This document shows, in pieces, positions 27,764 to 38,627 of a DNA stretch of 43,481 nucleotides. Numbering within the stretch: the stretch's first letter is position 1; the number at the start of each line of letters is the position of its first letter. The translations under genes and the position numbers were made by a program. The notes beneath the pieces were generated by a model. That model saw only the letters and a program-made list of their open reading frames with translations. It made no database searches and had not been told where the DNA came from. The stretch is from positions 1 to 43,481 of the forward strand of contig JAFGSQ010000011.1 in the NCBI GenBank assembly GCA_016934535.1, written 5' to 3'. The DNA is from a candidate division WOR-3 bacterium. Lineage in GTDB: Bacteria > SDB-A.

Positions 27764-28461
27764 CTTTCTCCTCTTTTTACAAATTCATCTATAAAGTTTT
27801 TAAAGATCAATTCCGCACCAAATCTATCGTCCGGCATTTCTGAGATAACCTTTTCCAGATCTATTCCGTATCCCTTCATTTTCAGTATTTCGTCGGTAAA
27901 CAGCTTTTTTGCAGTCGAGCCTTTCATTTCAGGGTGGAACTGAATCCCCATAACTGCTTTGGATGCGTTCAACATGGACTGGACCCTGCATTTATCGCTT
28001 TCAGCCGTCCTTTTAAAGTCATCAGGAACGATTTTGACTTCATCGTAATGTGCTCCGATGACCTTGAAGCGGCCAGGCAATCCCGAATAAATCGGTCCGT
28101 CTTCGAGAACTTTGACTTCAATAAAGCCCATCTCAGGTGATTCGGCTTTTCCAACGGCTTCTTTGCCTCCGTGAGCCCTGGCAATGAGTTGATGCCCGTA
28201 GCAGATGCCTATCACGGGAATCGATTTTTCAAAACACCGGAGATAATATTCCACGGCGTAATCGAGCCATTCGTAATCGTCGTTTATGGAATACTGCGAG
28301 CCTGAGATAACGACGAGAGAAGCTTCACAGAGATCAGGATATTTCATTTCGAATCCGTTTACGTATACGGTTTTCAAATAACCGCCTATGTCTTTGTTGA
28401 AATAATCGAAAAAATCCTGCCCGAGACTTAGATCCACTACGTAAGCTTTTTTCAACATCAT
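27760..28461 (-). CDS. Class I glutamine amidotransferase
   Basis: ISGS, GICYGHQ nucleophile elbow and QFHPE triad. Confidence 0.9.
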   Translation of the reverse strand: MMLKKAYVVDLSLGQDFFDYFNKDIGGYLKTVYVNGFEMKYPDLCEASLVVISGSQYSINDDYEWLDYAVEYYLRCFEKSIPVIGICYGHQLIARAHGGKEAVGKAESPEMGFIEVKVLEDGPIYSGLPGRFKVIGAHYDEVKIVPDDFKRTAESDKCRVQSMLNASKAVMGIQFHPEMKGSTAKKLFTDEILKMKGYGIDLEKVISEMPDDRFGAELIFKNFIDEFVKRGER

Positions 28462-30062
28462 TTGATCCTGATTCTTCCGTCTGTCAGCGCTTCTACTGAC
28501 CGGTTTTTAATGAAAAAATCGAGGAACGGATCCGGAGCATAAACAGAAGTCGGCTGTTTTTCAATGGAATCGCCGAGAAAAACAAAGTGTCCGTCTCCTC
28601 CTCCTGCCAACCAGTCGCTGACTATTACTGTATAGATTTTTTCGGGTTCCAGAGGGTTCCATTTTCCTTCCTGAAATATTTCGACACTGTCAATCCTGGC
28701 TCCAGGTTCGAGTACGCGCAAAACTTCCCTGCCGGAATAGACAGCGCAGAAAGAAGGTTTAAGCGTGTCTATTTCAAATCTGACTCCTCCGACCTGAAGA
28801 AATCCTCCGTATGAAGCGCGCATAGAATCCGGGCAGTCAAACTGAGCACCGAGTTGTCCGGAAGCCGAGACTTCGAGAGTCTGTTTGATTTCAGCGCCAG
28901 TCATTGCGACTTTTATCAGTTCATTCCTGAAAGGGAGTATTTCCAGCACAGTCCCGTATGTGATCTCTCCGGCAGGATATATCATGTCTCCTCTTATGGA
29001 ACCTCCGTTCAGGAAGGCGACGTCAGCATCCTGAAACCACCTCAACCACGAATCACAAATCAGATTCCCGATGTTGGACTCTCTGCCTCTTACAACTGCT
29101 CTCGTCGCGTCAAACGGAACCATTGAGACCCCTAATGGTGTAGACAAACCGCTTTTGTACTTTTCTTGAAATTCCAGCATGATCTCTCTCACTTCTTCGT
29201 CAGATCCGGCAGTAGAATCAAGTAATTGAGATCTAAAATCTATCGAGAATAGATTTGAATCCTCGAAACTCAGCACGAGAGTGCCTATCGTCTGTGCTCG
29301 TGCACCGTTTTGGACAAGGACAACACCGTTGACTTCAACGCAGTACTCTGTGTGGTCGTGCCCGCCTATGACAGCGTCTATTCCTTCGACATTCATTGCC
29401 AAGATACTGTCGTAAGTAAAACCCGTATGCGTCAAGCCTATTATGCAGCAACATCCGGCAATCTCTAACTCACAGACAGCTTTTTCGGCTGCATCAAGCA
29501 GGTCAAACGGCATAAAAACCTGTGAATCGCCGGGGTTTGTCAGTTTGAAAAAATCCGGTGTCATCAGTCCGAAAAATCCTATTTTTATTCCTCCGATTTC
29601 TTTTATCGTGTAAGGTTTTATTCTCGATTGAAGACTTGTGTCTGAAAAAGTCATATTGGCGCAAATCAGATCGAAATCAGCCTTTCTCATCGCTTCTGCG
29701 AAGACCTCCGCTCCGTTGTCAAACTCATGATTCCCCGGGCAATATACGTCGTAACGCGACATATTCATGCCGGTAACTTCGGGTTCTCCATTGAACATGG
29801 AAAAAAGAGGATTTATAAAATCGTCTCCTGAAGACACCAAAAGAACTCCGTGAAAACAAGTGTCGGATTCGAGGTTACTTTTGAAAGCCGATATCCTCTC
29901 AAAACCTCCCACAGTGAATTTTTGTCCATCTTTGGTCATTTCATAAGGCAAAATTACGCTCTGGAGATCCGAAGTCGCCGCAATGGCAATTTTTACAGTT
30001 TCTGAAGCAGCTGCGCTTGTCAGTAAAACCCAAAGCGCGAGGGCCGCAATAAATCTCTTCAT
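28458..30062 (-). CDS. Secreted 5'-nucleotidase / UshA family metallophosphoesterase
   Basis: Signal peptide, GNHEFD, GGHDH, ESNIGNL, NGGSIR, LPF.N and GGDG motifs. Confidence 0.9.
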   Translation of the reverse strand: MKRFIAALALWVLLTSAAASETVKIAIAATSDLQSVILPYEMTKDGQKFTVGGFERISAFKSNLESDTCFHGVLLVSSGDDFINPLFSMFNGEPEVTGMNMSRYDVYCPGNHEFDNGAEVFAEAMRKADFDLICANMTFSDTSLQSRIKPYTIKEIGGIKIGFFGLMTPDFFKLTNPGDSQVFMPFDLLDAAEKAVCELEIAGCCCIIGLTHTGFTYDSILAMNVEGIDAVIGGHDHTEYCVEVNGVVLVQNGARAQTIGTLVLSFEDSNLFSIDFRSQLLDSTAGSDEEVREIMLEFQEKYKSGLSTPLGVSMVPFDATRAVVRGRESNIGNLICDSWLRWFQDADVAFLNGGSIRGDMIYPAGEITYGTVLEILPFRNELIKVAMTGAEIKQTLEVSASGQLGAQFDCPDSMRASYGGFLQVGGVRFEIDTLKPSFCAVYSGREVLRVLEPGARIDSVEIFQEGKWNPLEPEKIYTVIVSDWLAGGGDGHFVFLGDSIEKQPTSVYAPDPFLDFFIKNRSVEALTDGRIRIK

Positions 30063-30091
30063 ATATCAGCCTCCGTTATAGACCGTTTATT

Positions 30092-32305
30092 TCATCGAGT
30101 TATATAAATCCAATCAGGTCTTTCCACTGCTTTATCGCCTGTCAATTCCCTCCACTTCTCGTCAGTCAGTCTGTCTCCCATCGGCCACGTGAATTCCCAG
30201 TAACTGAGTACCGGACCCAGGGCAGCTTCAATGTGTCCGTCGGGCCTTGCGTACACTATTATTGCGAGGTCGAGATCGCCTGAAGCGACTTCGAGGACGG
30301 ACGAACTGTTCTGATCCGTGTGAACATCTGCTATCAGGCTTGTTTCCACTCCTTCTGTTACGTCCCCTCCGTCGGACAGGGCGTTTTGAAGGCTCGAAGA
30401 AAAATATTTCAGGAAATCGGCGTCTTCAGCGCTTAAAGGTTTTCCTGCGAGTTCTTTCTCGGATATTTCTTTTATTCTTTCCATAACTGACCGAGCCCTG
30501 CTGAATTTCCACGTCAAAGCCTCGTCAAAATAGCCGTACGATTTTAAAGCTTTTTCGAGCATAGTCAGCACAGCGATGACTTCGGCATAGACTTCCGGAA
30601 CAGGCTCGACAAATCCAGCCGAAGGCGGCAGCGGCGGTTCATGCCCGTTGTTCGGTGCGCATCCGGCTTCCATTGTGTAACTCTGCTTGACGTACAAAAT
30701 ATTGTCGTGCCTGAGCATCGCCCATGAAGCCAGAAAATTCGACAGAGAATGTTTCTGCCAGAATTCAGTGGTCATGAAATCCGCGTATCCTTCCCCTCTC
30801 TCTTTCATCAGCAGATAAATACACAAAAGCCAGTTATTGTATAGCGTTTCATGCCAGACCTTCTGTTCGAATCCGAGAATTCTGTCCTTCAGATCATTCA
30901 GGTTCTTATTGTAATTTGAATAGAAAGTGTCTCCGTTCTCGCACAGTATTTTGTAAGCCGCCTGACTTCCGAATACGGCGGCCACATCCAGCCCTGACGG
31001 CATAAACCTTCTCTCACCTGATCTGTTCGGTCCTATTGTCGGAAACACCATTCTGCCGAGCACTTCGCTGTCGAAAGCGTATCTTTGACCGAAAAGCCTG
31101 AAGCCGGCTGTTATCTCCTGTGTTTTCATCAGTTCATTCGTGTCGAATTCTCCGGTTTCATCAGGCATGGCGACAAGAGCCCCGGTTCCGCTGTAAATTT
31201 TTGAATCAAGATAATTTTTAATCAAAATACCCGAAAATCTTCCGTAAAAATCACGGTTGTATAAATCTCCCGCTGTCAATTCGCCGCTTTCAGTCTCCTT
31301 GACCGCTCCGAGATACTCTGGAACAGACATGTCATCGGCAAAACCGGCGAAAAAAGCCGTAACAGAATATATTTTACACCATTTGTCTATATACTTTTCG
31401 CCGTCCGGCGCCGTCCCCGAACAGAGGTCCGAAACCATCTGAAGCGCGGTGCCCGTCATGTAAATCGCTTTTTCTTCGCTGACGAGATACATCTCCTGTC
31501 CGCTCTGATTTCCTTTTAGAGGGAAAGTCATTCTTCCGAGCCACATCATCGCCTTAAAATATCTTTTTAGGGAATCGCTCGACGGATAATGCCCTCTGGG
31601 GACGTACTGAGAAAAATCCTCTTTGTAACCGAAAACATTGCTCTCGGCAAAACCTTCATGAGCTTCAATCAGCTGTACTTCCTTTTCCACTATCTCTGCG
31701 ATGATCGGGTCCAGTTCATGCGACGGTTCGAGAAGTTTCAGAGCCACTCCTGAATAAGCGGCCGCTAAAAAGTTCTCCCTGCGCAAGTTTGTTTCGTAGA
31801 GATAAATCAATATCTTTACGAGGTCAGCGTAAAGAAAATTTTCTTCGACGTGTTTCAATGAATTGTCAAAAAATATGTGCATCAGGTGAAGTGCAATTCC
31901 CGATGAAACGAAAACAGGCTGATTCGAGCTTTCGATAACCTCGAAAGCACTGACCGGATTGTCCGTCAGATACAGGGAAGAAGTAACAATGAATCCGTTT
32001 TCAAGAAGTTCAGCCGGTACACCGGACAGCCCTGAAAATAACAGCACTTCGTTCAAGTTGATAATCGCGTTTTCATCGAAAGGAAGTCCGGCTCCCATCA
32101 TGCGCGGGTTCACGTCGCTGGAAACTTTTTCGTAAAACGTTTCTCCGAAATCCGAAGATATACCTATTTCGGTGAAATCGGTTTTTTCAGAGACGTCTTT
32201 CACAGGTTTGAGATCGAGAGCGTGGAGATTGGTTTCGGGAATGTTATTACTGCAAGAAAAGAAGAAAATGACTGCGGCGGAAAATACGAATCCTCGTTTG
32301 AGCAT
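30092..32305 (-). CDS. DUF3160 family lipoprotein
   Basis: Lipobox-like FFSC; EDFSQYVPRGHY, YFKAMMWLGR, GQRY, LASWAMLRHDNILYVKQSY and IADVHT. Confidence 0.85.
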   Translation of the reverse strand: MLKRGFVFSAAVIFFFSCSNNIPETNLHALDLKPVKDVSEKTDFTEIGISSDFGETFYEKVSSDVNPRMMGAGLPFDENAIINLNEVLLFSGLSGVPAELLENGFIVTSSLYLTDNPVSAFEVIESSNQPVFVSSGIALHLMHIFFDNSLKHVEENFLYADLVKILIYLYETNLRRENFLAAAYSGVALKLLEPSHELDPIIAEIVEKEVQLIEAHEGFAESNVFGYKEDFSQYVPRGHYPSSDSLKRYFKAMMWLGRMTFPLKGNQSGQEMYLVSEEKAIYMTGTALQMVSDLCSGTAPDGEKYIDKWCKIYSVTAFFAGFADDMSVPEYLGAVKETESGELTAGDLYNRDFYGRFSGILIKNYLDSKIYSGTGALVAMPDETGEFDTNELMKTQEITAGFRLFGQRYAFDSEVLGRMVFPTIGPNRSGERRFMPSGLDVAAVFGSQAAYKILCENGDTFYSNYNKNLNDLKDRILGFEQKVWHETLYNNWLLCIYLLMKERGEGYADFMTTEFWQKHSLSNFLASWAMLRHDNILYVKQSYTMEAGCAPNNGHEPPLPPSAGFVEPVPEVYAEVIAVLTMLEKALKSYGYFDEALTWKFSRARSVMERIKEISEKELAGKPLSAEDADFLKYFSSSLQNALSDGGDVTEGVETSLIADVHTDQNSSSVLEVASGDLDLAIIVYARPDGHIEAALGPVLSYWEFTWPMGDRLTDEKWRELTGDKAVERPDWIYITR

Positions 32306-32461
32306 ACATTCTCCTTTATTTTAACTATTTTCATATAACTCCGGTTAAGATTATAAATCATAGGTTTTCAAATTACAGCCGCTTTTTATGAAACCGAGTT
32401 TTAATTTTTTTTTAGCAGGTTTGTTATATAATCATTTGGTACTTTCACAAACGAGGATCAA

Positions 32462-34450
32462 ATGTGGAGCTCAAAGGTAAAAATATTCGGAATGCCTCTT
32501 GTTTCGGCGGGCTTTTTCGCCAGGGGCTTTTTTTCAATAGGTTTTGCCGGCACCGGCGTCATAACCATAGCGCAATTCGGCACCGGCGTCATTTTCATAG
32601 GCCAATTCGGCATAGGATTATTCACCTTGGCGCAGTTTTCCGCGGGTTTTTTTTCAATGGGACAATTCGCCGCGGCGCTTTGCGTCGCCATCGGGCAGGG
32701 CGCAATAGGTTTTGCAGTTATGGCTCTGGGGGGATTAGGTTATTACAGCGTCATCAGACCCGCATCGTTCATGTCGGGTTTGGAAACTCTGTTTTCAAAG
32801 ATTTCAGCTGACCCCCTGCCCTTTCTGGCATGGACAACTTCGTGGCTGTTAATCTTTCTTTTCTTCTACATGCAGAAAAGCAAATTCACGGGCAACTGGA
32901 AGCTCAGGGATTTTTTCAGGCCGAAGTGGAAACACAGCTCTTTAAAATACAGAATAAAAAATATATCAAAAATCGGCAATTTGAAGATTCTTGAAGAAAT
33001 TGTCCTGAACGACCCGGTAACGGATGCTAAAATAGCGGCCATAGCAAACATTTCGGACCCGGCTACTCTCCGCTCTTTCGCGCTCGACAACTCCCTCAGC
33101 TCCATTCACAGTCACTCCGTCAGGAAAATCGAAGACGAAAACGTCCTGCTCGAAATAGCTCTCAATACCGACAACCACTCTATTGCAGGGGACATTTTTT
33201 CAAAAAAACCCCTGCAAACACACCTTAAAAAAATTGCCCGCGAAGCGAAAAACGATGAAATCAGAGCCAAAGCCATCCTTAAAACCGAACCGGACGAAAA
33301 TTTCCTGTCAGAACGGGCCGACAGGGAAACAAACGACTCGATTCTCATGTCAATAGCCGAAAAAACCGCGCGCCAGGAAACTTTGTTTGACATAATAAAG
33401 AAATCTGCGAATGAAAACGTCAAAACCTTTGCCGCGAAAAAACTTAAAAAGGAAAACATTCCGGTCATATCGCGGCTTTTGGCCGAAGAAGTTTTTCTTT
33501 CCTCCGCCCGCAGTCTGGCTTCACTGATAGACGACCAGGACACTCTAAAGTACTTGTCGAGAACGGCGGCACATCCCTCGGGACGCATAGCCTCTGTCGA
33601 AACCTTGACGTCTCCCGGAGATGATTTTTTGACCGATCTTGTCAGGGAAGAAAATGACATTTACGTATGTAAAGCCGCAATAATGAAGATTGCCGATACG
33701 GACCAGCTGAAAAACCTCGCCATGAACTACCCGAAGAAATCCATTTCCGTCCTCGCCGTGGGAGCAATAACTCAAAGACACGTTTTGTGGGACATATTCC
33801 GGAACGCGACAGACCCTAAAGTCAAAGAGGAGGCGAGATCGAGGTTTGAAGATTTGAAACCCGGATATTTCGGTTTTAAAATAGAAATGAAATGCCCTTA
33901 CTGCAGTCAGCCGGTATTCGTCAACGGATTGTTCAGTTCTATAAAATGCGGATCATGTCTTTCAAACATAGATCTCGACGTTCATTTCTGGAAAACTGTT
34001 ATTACGTCATCCACCGGTATAACAAGACAGCTGACGTATAACGATCTGACTGTCGAGAAAACAGCGTCTTTGCCGAAATGCCTGAAATGCGGAACAGAAC
34101 TCGACGTCGAATTGTATCCTGCCGGAAAAGACTCGTTCGTCGAATGTCCGTCCTGCAGGGAGCACAATCCTTCATTCCCTCTCCCCGAACAATTCAACTG
34201 GATACAAGACGCCAATCAGCTGTTTTGCGCTGAAAAACAGAGCGACGAAACAAAAATACTTGGTCAGACAAAACCTGTTTCAATTACGTGCGTAAAGTGC
34301 GGCGCTCCTCTTACCATAACTGTTGAAACGCCGAGAAATGCCGTCTGCGGTTACTGTGAAACGGTTCAGTATCTTCCGGACGTTCTTTGGACTTCACTCC
34401 ACCCTGCACGCAAAAAACGCCAGTGGTTCGTCTCTTTTACAAAATCATGA
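32462..34450 (+). CDS. Membrane protein with Gly-rich repeats, HEAT-like repeats and C-terminal zinc ribbons
   Basis: N-terminal ~10-aa G-rich repeats and a TM helix, then helical repeats (A+..I.D...L) and six CxxC motifs. Confidence 0.7.
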   Translation: MWSSKVKIFGMPLVSAGFFARGFFSIGFAGTGVITIAQFGTGVIFIGQFGIGLFTLAQFSAGFFSMGQFAAALCVAIGQGAIGFAVMALGGLGYYSVIRPASFMSGLETLFSKISADPLPFLAWTTSWLLIFLFFYMQKSKFTGNWKLRDFFRPKWKHSSLKYRIKNISKIGNLKILEEIVLNDPVTDAKIAAIANISDPATLRSFALDNSLSSIHSHSVRKIEDENVLLEIALNTDNHSIAGDIFSKKPLQTHLKKIAREAKNDEIRAKAILKTEPDENFLSERADRETNDSILMSIAEKTARQETLFDIIKKSANENVKTFAAKKLKKENIPVISRLLAEEVFLSSARSLASLIDDQDTLKYLSRTAAHPSGRIASVETLTSPGDDFLTDLVREENDIYVCKAAIMKIADTDQLKNLAMNYPKKSISVLAVGAITQRHVLWDIFRNATDPKVKEEARSRFEDLKPGYFGFKIEMKCPYCSQPVFVNGLFSSIKCGSCLSNIDLDVHFWKTVITSSTGITRQLTYNDLTVEKTASLPKCLKCGTELDVELYPAGKDSFVECPSCREHNPSFPLPEQFNWIQDANQLFCAEKQSDETKILGQTKPVSITCVKCGAPLTITVETPRNAVCGYCETVQYLPDVLWTSLHPARKKRQWFVSFTKS

Positions 34451-34471
34451 AATAGTCAAAACGGAAAACAA

Positions 34472-36259
34472 TCAGAAGTTTTTTTTGAAAAGAGATCTTT
34501 TTTTTTCTCTGTAAGCTGAAAATATGTCGGATCGCGTCAAAATTCCCTCGAATTTCGCGCCTTCATCTCTGCTCACTACTATGTAGAGAGGAGACGCCCT
34601 GAATTCGTTTTTAGTAAGTACGTCCTCAAGGGTGTCATCCGGATAGATTTCAATTATTTCCCTTCTCATAATATCTGATACTTTTAAAGATTTGTTTTCT
34701 TTTACGGACGCCATCTCTTTTTCTGTGATGATTCCCGTAACCCGATTATCTTTGACAACCGGAAATTTTCCGTAACCTGTTTCAATTATCAATTTTTCCA
34801 CATCTTCGATCGAGGAGTCTTCATTAACGGTGACGACATCAATTTTCATCACCTCTTCCACCGTTACGGTCTCAAGAGCGTTGACTTCCATGTCGTGTTC
34901 GATGTTCACTCCCCGTCTTTTGAGCTTTATTGTGTATATACTGCCTTTAAGAGTCACGATGGCGACAATATCACTTATGACACAAGACAGCATCAGCGGC
35001 ATTATTATGTTGTAGTTGCCCGTCATTTCAAAGACCATGATTATCGCCGTCATCGTCGCTCTGCTCATTCCGGCGAAAACGGCCGCCATTCCGACAATCG
35101 CGTAAGCCTGGAAACTTGCTGTAATCGAAGGGAACACCTGATTAAGAACGATTCCCAAACTGCCTCCGGCCATGGCTCCAATTACAAGAGAAGGGGCAAA
35201 AACGCCGCCGGATCCCCCTGAACCTATCGTAAAAGAAGTGGCTGCAATTTTAAGGAAAACAAGCGATGCTACTACAAAAAGCGACAAACGCGCATTCATT
35301 AAAAGATTTATAGTGTCGTATCCGTTGCCAAAAACCAGAAGATGTCCTGTTTTCACGAGTAAAATGGCGCCAATTATTCCTGTAAATAATCCGCCTACAG
35401 CCGGTTTCAGGAATTCTGAGAAATTCATTTTTCCGAAAACGTCTTCAGACAGGTAAACGGACTTCACGTATAAAAAAGCTATTCCTCCGCATATTAGACC
35501 CAAAATTATATAGAATAAAAATTCCCAATTGCTGACGATGTTGTATGGAGGAAGAGTAAAAATCAATTCAGGTTTTTGACCTATAAGAGAAAGGAATAAT
35601 TTGGACGTAAGGCTCGCGAAGACAGATGAGATAACTATCGGGACGAAAGATTTTGTTTTAAATTCCCTTATTATCAGCTCAATGGCAAACAGCACGCCTC
35701 CGACAGGAGTGTCAAACGTCGCGGATACGGCACCGGCAACACCGCACGAGAGGAGAATGCGGGTCTGATATACGTTGAGCTTAAAAAATTGGCCGAAAGC
35801 CGATCCTATTCCTGCTCCCATCTGGACTATGGGTCCCTCTCTTCCAGCCGACCCACCTGATCCGATAGTCACGGCAGAAGACAGAGCTTTTACAGCGACA
35901 ATCCTTTTTCTTATCTTTCCGCCGAACATTTCAAAAGCTTCCATAACCTGCGGGATACCATGCCCTTTTGCTTCTTTCGCAAAAAAATAAACCAGTAAAC
36001 CCGACAAAATTCCTCCCAGAGCCGGAAGAAAAATTATGTGAAAGGGATAGAAGGAATTCAGAGAGGCATTTATTTTAACCTGAAACAGATCGGTAAAAAC
36101 ATTGACTAGAAAACGGAAACAGACGGCAATGATTCCGCATACAATACCGGTTATAGCCGCCATAATATTCATACCGACGTATTTTGAGGTTTTTGAGCGG
36201 CTCTTTTTTCCGGTGAGTTTTCTTTTTATCAATTTAAGGTTAACTGTAATTTTCTTCAA
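34472..36259 (-). CDS. ClC chloride channel/antiporter with CBS pair
   Basis: GHGIP, GSAGREGP and GGVFAP signatures; C-terminal CBS domains. Confidence 0.93.
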   Translation of the reverse strand: MKKITVNLKLIKRKLTGKKSRSKTSKYVGMNIMAAITGIVCGIIAVCFRFLVNVFTDLFQVKINASLNSFYPFHIIFLPALGGILSGLLVYFFAKEAKGHGIPQVMEAFEMFGGKIRKRIVAVKALSSAVTIGSGGSAGREGPIVQMGAGIGSAFGQFFKLNVYQTRILLSCGVAGAVSATFDTPVGGVLFAIELIIREFKTKSFVPIVISSVFASLTSKLFLSLIGQKPELIFTLPPYNIVSNWEFLFYIILGLICGGIAFLYVKSVYLSEDVFGKMNFSEFLKPAVGGLFTGIIGAILLVKTGHLLVFGNGYDTINLLMNARLSLFVVASLVFLKIAATSFTIGSGGSGGVFAPSLVIGAMAGGSLGIVLNQVFPSITASFQAYAIVGMAAVFAGMSRATMTAIIMVFEMTGNYNIIMPLMLSCVISDIVAIVTLKGSIYTIKLKRRGVNIEHDMEVNALETVTVEEVMKIDVVTVNEDSSIEDVEKLIIETGYGKFPVVKDNRVTGIITEKEMASVKENKSLKVSDIMRREIIEIYPDDTLEDVLTKNEFRASPLYIVVSRDEGAKFEGILTRSDIFSAYREKKRSLFKKNF

Positions 36260-36686
36260 TTACTATTTTCCCGCAATAAAATTTAAAACCTCATCTTTCA
36301 GACATTACGTTAATTAACCTATTCTTTTCGTTTCTGCCTGCTTTTTAAAGTCATTTTCCAAGCAACACGATAATTTACAGGATAACACATGAAATCCGCC
36401 AAACAAACATAAAAGCGAGCTGGGAATCTTCATTATTTTCAAAAATATTTATGTCTCATCCGCACACGAAGGCGGAAACCGGGAAAAGGCTTCAGATGTT
36501 TGATGAAATGGAATTTTTGAAAATTCTTCGGGGGTCTTAAAAATACAGTTAGACAAACATTTCATTAAATGGTAGAAATTACATATTGTAGGCAAGTTTA
36601 ATTATGTTTTTAAGTCAGGTAATCTCCAATATTCTCCCTTGAAAACATTTTAAACAGGTTATGTTGTTTTGCATACGGAGGTTTTG

Positions 36687-36971
36687 ATGCAAGAATGCAG
36701 GTTGTATGTTGGTAATCTGGCTTATTCGGCTACTAAAGAAGAACTGCAGGAGCTTTTCCAGCAATTCGGAGAAGTCAAGCAGGTCAGTATAATCGAAGGC
36801 AAAGGATTCGGTTTTGTGGAAATGGCTAATCCGGATTCAGCCAGGAACGCCAAGGATTCTCTTGATGGAAGAGAATTCAAAAGCAGAGTCATAAAGGTCA
36901 ATGAAGCCAGGCCGATGAAAAAAGAAAGGCCGACGAGAGATAATTACAGGAGGAATTACAACAGAAACTGA
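36687..36971 (+). CDS. RRM RNA-binding protein
   Basis: RNP2 LYVGNL, RNP1 KGFGFVEM and VNEARP; RBS GGAGG before ATG 36687. Confidence 0.93.
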   Translation: MQECRLYVGNLAYSATKEELQELFQQFGEVKQVSIIEGKGFGFVEMANPDSARNAKDSLDGREFKSRVIKVNEARPMKKERPTRDNYRRNYNRN

Positions 36972-36991
36972 TTCCGGTATTTAAATATATC

Positions 36992-37028
36992 AAAGAGAAC
37001 TCAAAAAAATTGAGTTCTCTTTTTTTTT
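36992..37028 (+). terminator. Intrinsic terminator after the RRM gene
   Basis: AAAGAGAACTCAA...TTGAGTTCTCTTT followed by a T tract. Confidence 0.8.
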
Positions 37029-37069
37029 GTGTATAATTAAAAATCAGCTCAACCAATACGGAGGAAATA

Positions 37070-37645
37070 ATGACACTGGCAGGAATTATTAAAGAAAAGA
37101 CTAACGTCAGGGCAATATTTTTTGAAACAGCACTTTTGATCGCAGGAACACTGTTACTGACAGCCAGCGCTCAGTTTTTCGTTTTTGTCCCTTTCAGCCC
37201 CGTACCATTCACGTTCCAGACTTTCGCGGTCCTCCTGCTTGGCGCCGCTCTTGGTTCCAAAAGAGGCGCATCTTGCGTCATCTTATATATAACTCAGGGA
37301 GTCCTCGGCCTGCCTGTTTTTTCCGGCGGGACGGCCGGATTTATTCATTTGGCGGGTCCTACCGGCGGATATCTGGCGGGTTTTGCTTTCGCCGCTTACG
37401 CAGCAGGATATCTCGCCGAGAAAAAATTCGACAGGAACATCCTCAAAACCGCCGCCCTGATGATAACAGGAAACGCGGTTATTTACGCTTTCGGCTTTGC
37501 TTGGCTTGGAATTTACACCGGATACTCCAGGGCTTTGCAAATCGGAGTCCTTCCATTTGTCGTTTCCGACCTTCTTAAAATAGCTTTGGCGTCTTTGATC
37601 CTGCCTTCAGCGTGGAAACTTGTCGGCAGAGGAGAACGTATATAA
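37070..37645 (+). CDS. bioY: Biotin transporter BioY (ECF S-component)
   Basis: PVPFTFQT, GLPVFSGG and GPTGGYL motifs. Confidence 0.93.
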   Translation: MTLAGIIKEKTNVRAIFFETALLIAGTLLLTASAQFFVFVPFSPVPFTFQTFAVLLLGAALGSKRGASCVILYITQGVLGLPVFSGGTAGFIHLAGPTGGYLAGFAFAAYAAGYLAEKKFDRNILKTAALMITGNAVIYAFGFAWLGIYTGYSRALQIGVLPFVVSDLLKIALASLILPSAWKLVGRGERI

Positions 37646-37649
37646 CAAA

Positions 37650-37865
37650 ATGCCGGCGATAATAAGCTGTACTACAGTCATTGCGATCATTCTATTTATC
37701 ATCGGTTTTTTGTTCTTGTATTTTCTCTTTTCATCGAGAATAAAACAAGACGCTTCCGGAAAAATTAAACGCCGGAACAATGACGATGAAACTTTGAGCA
37801 TATTTAAAAATCTTGATAAAAAAGCCGAGGAAGGCAAATTCGAAGACATTAAAAAGGACAAATAA
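37650..37865 (+). CDS. Small single-TM hypothetical protein
   Basis: ATG 37650 follows the bioY stop; hydrophobic N-terminal helix and charged tail. Confidence 0.5.
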   Translation: MPAIISCTTVIAIILFIIGFLFLYFLFSSRIKQDASGKIKRRNNDDETLSIFKNLDKKAEEGKFEDIKKDK

Positions 37866-37946
37866 AATTAATTGCGATCAATTTGTAACGAGGTATTTTA
37901 TCCTTTGCCCGTAAATCGAATCAGTTGGGTCGCATTTCCTTTATAT

Positions 37947-38627
37947 TCACTCCAGCGGGGCGATGCATTCGGGTGAATCGAATGAAGGTGAATTGACTTT
38001 TTTCGACACTTCATGGAAAACCAGGCTTTTTCCTTCTTCATTATTCAACACACTGTCCAGCTTCCCCCTGTCGAAAATTCCGTTGTCTATCCAGACGTCC
38101 AGGTCTTTTCTGCCGAGAATTGCCGGCGCTCTTTCATGAATGAATCTTATCCCGGCACCTGCTTCGACTGTTACAATTGAAACAGTCTGCAAAAAAACAC
38201 CTTTCCCGTCTGTCCAGACGTCAAATATACCCGCGAAAGCCATGGTTTCACCGTTTTTATTAAACAAATAGAACGGCGTTTTTTCTTTTCCCGTTTTTTT
38301 CCATTCGTAATATCCGTCAGCCATCACTATGCATCTTTTGTTTCTGAAAGCTCCGGAAAAAGAAGGTTTTACGGCCAGAGATTCCGCTCTGGCATTTATC
38401 ATACTGTAAGACGTTTTCGGTTCCTTCGACCAGGAAGGAACAAGCCCCCACTTCGCAGACTTTATTTTCCGGTTTCCCTCAAAAACCAAAATCAGAACAT
38501 TTTGTCCGGGAGCCACGTTGTAAGACGGTGTTTTGACGGATTGGGCGTCAAAACTTTCAGCCATCGCGGCATCAAAATCCTTTTTCAGTTGAGCCAGCGA
38601 GCTTTTTACAGCAAATCTTCCGCACAT
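37947..38627 (-). CDS. SOS response-associated peptidase (SRAP; YedK/HMCES family)
   Basis: N-terminal MCGRF, plus YNVAP, WGL, INARAE, GYYEW and HER motifs. Confidence 0.93.
   Translation of the reverse strand: MCGRFAVKSSLAQLKKDFDAAMAESFDAQSVKTPSYNVAPGQNVLILVFEGNRKIKSAKWGLVPSWSKEPKTSYSMINARAESLAVKPSFSGAFRNKRCIVMADGYYEWKKTGKEKTPFYLFNKNGETMAFAGIFDVWTDGKGVFLQTVSIVTVEAGAGIRFIHERAPAILGRKDLDVWIDNGIFDRGKLDSVLNNEEGKSLVFHEVSKKVNSPSFDSPECIAPLE

Noticed and set aside
36260-36686. Fluoride riboswitch or other ncRNA in the long intergenic region upstream of ClC
   Set aside because: No crcB-motif consensus found on either strand, and the ClC has GHGIP/GREGP rather than the fluoride-type GNNLI/GREGT. An Rfam scan would be needed to exclude other RNAs.
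805-38627. A dedicated DNA-repair island (rmuC, ATL, alkD remnant, nfi, addAB, SRAP)
   Set aside because: The genes are scattered among unrelated transport and metabolic genes, and I saw no shared operator.
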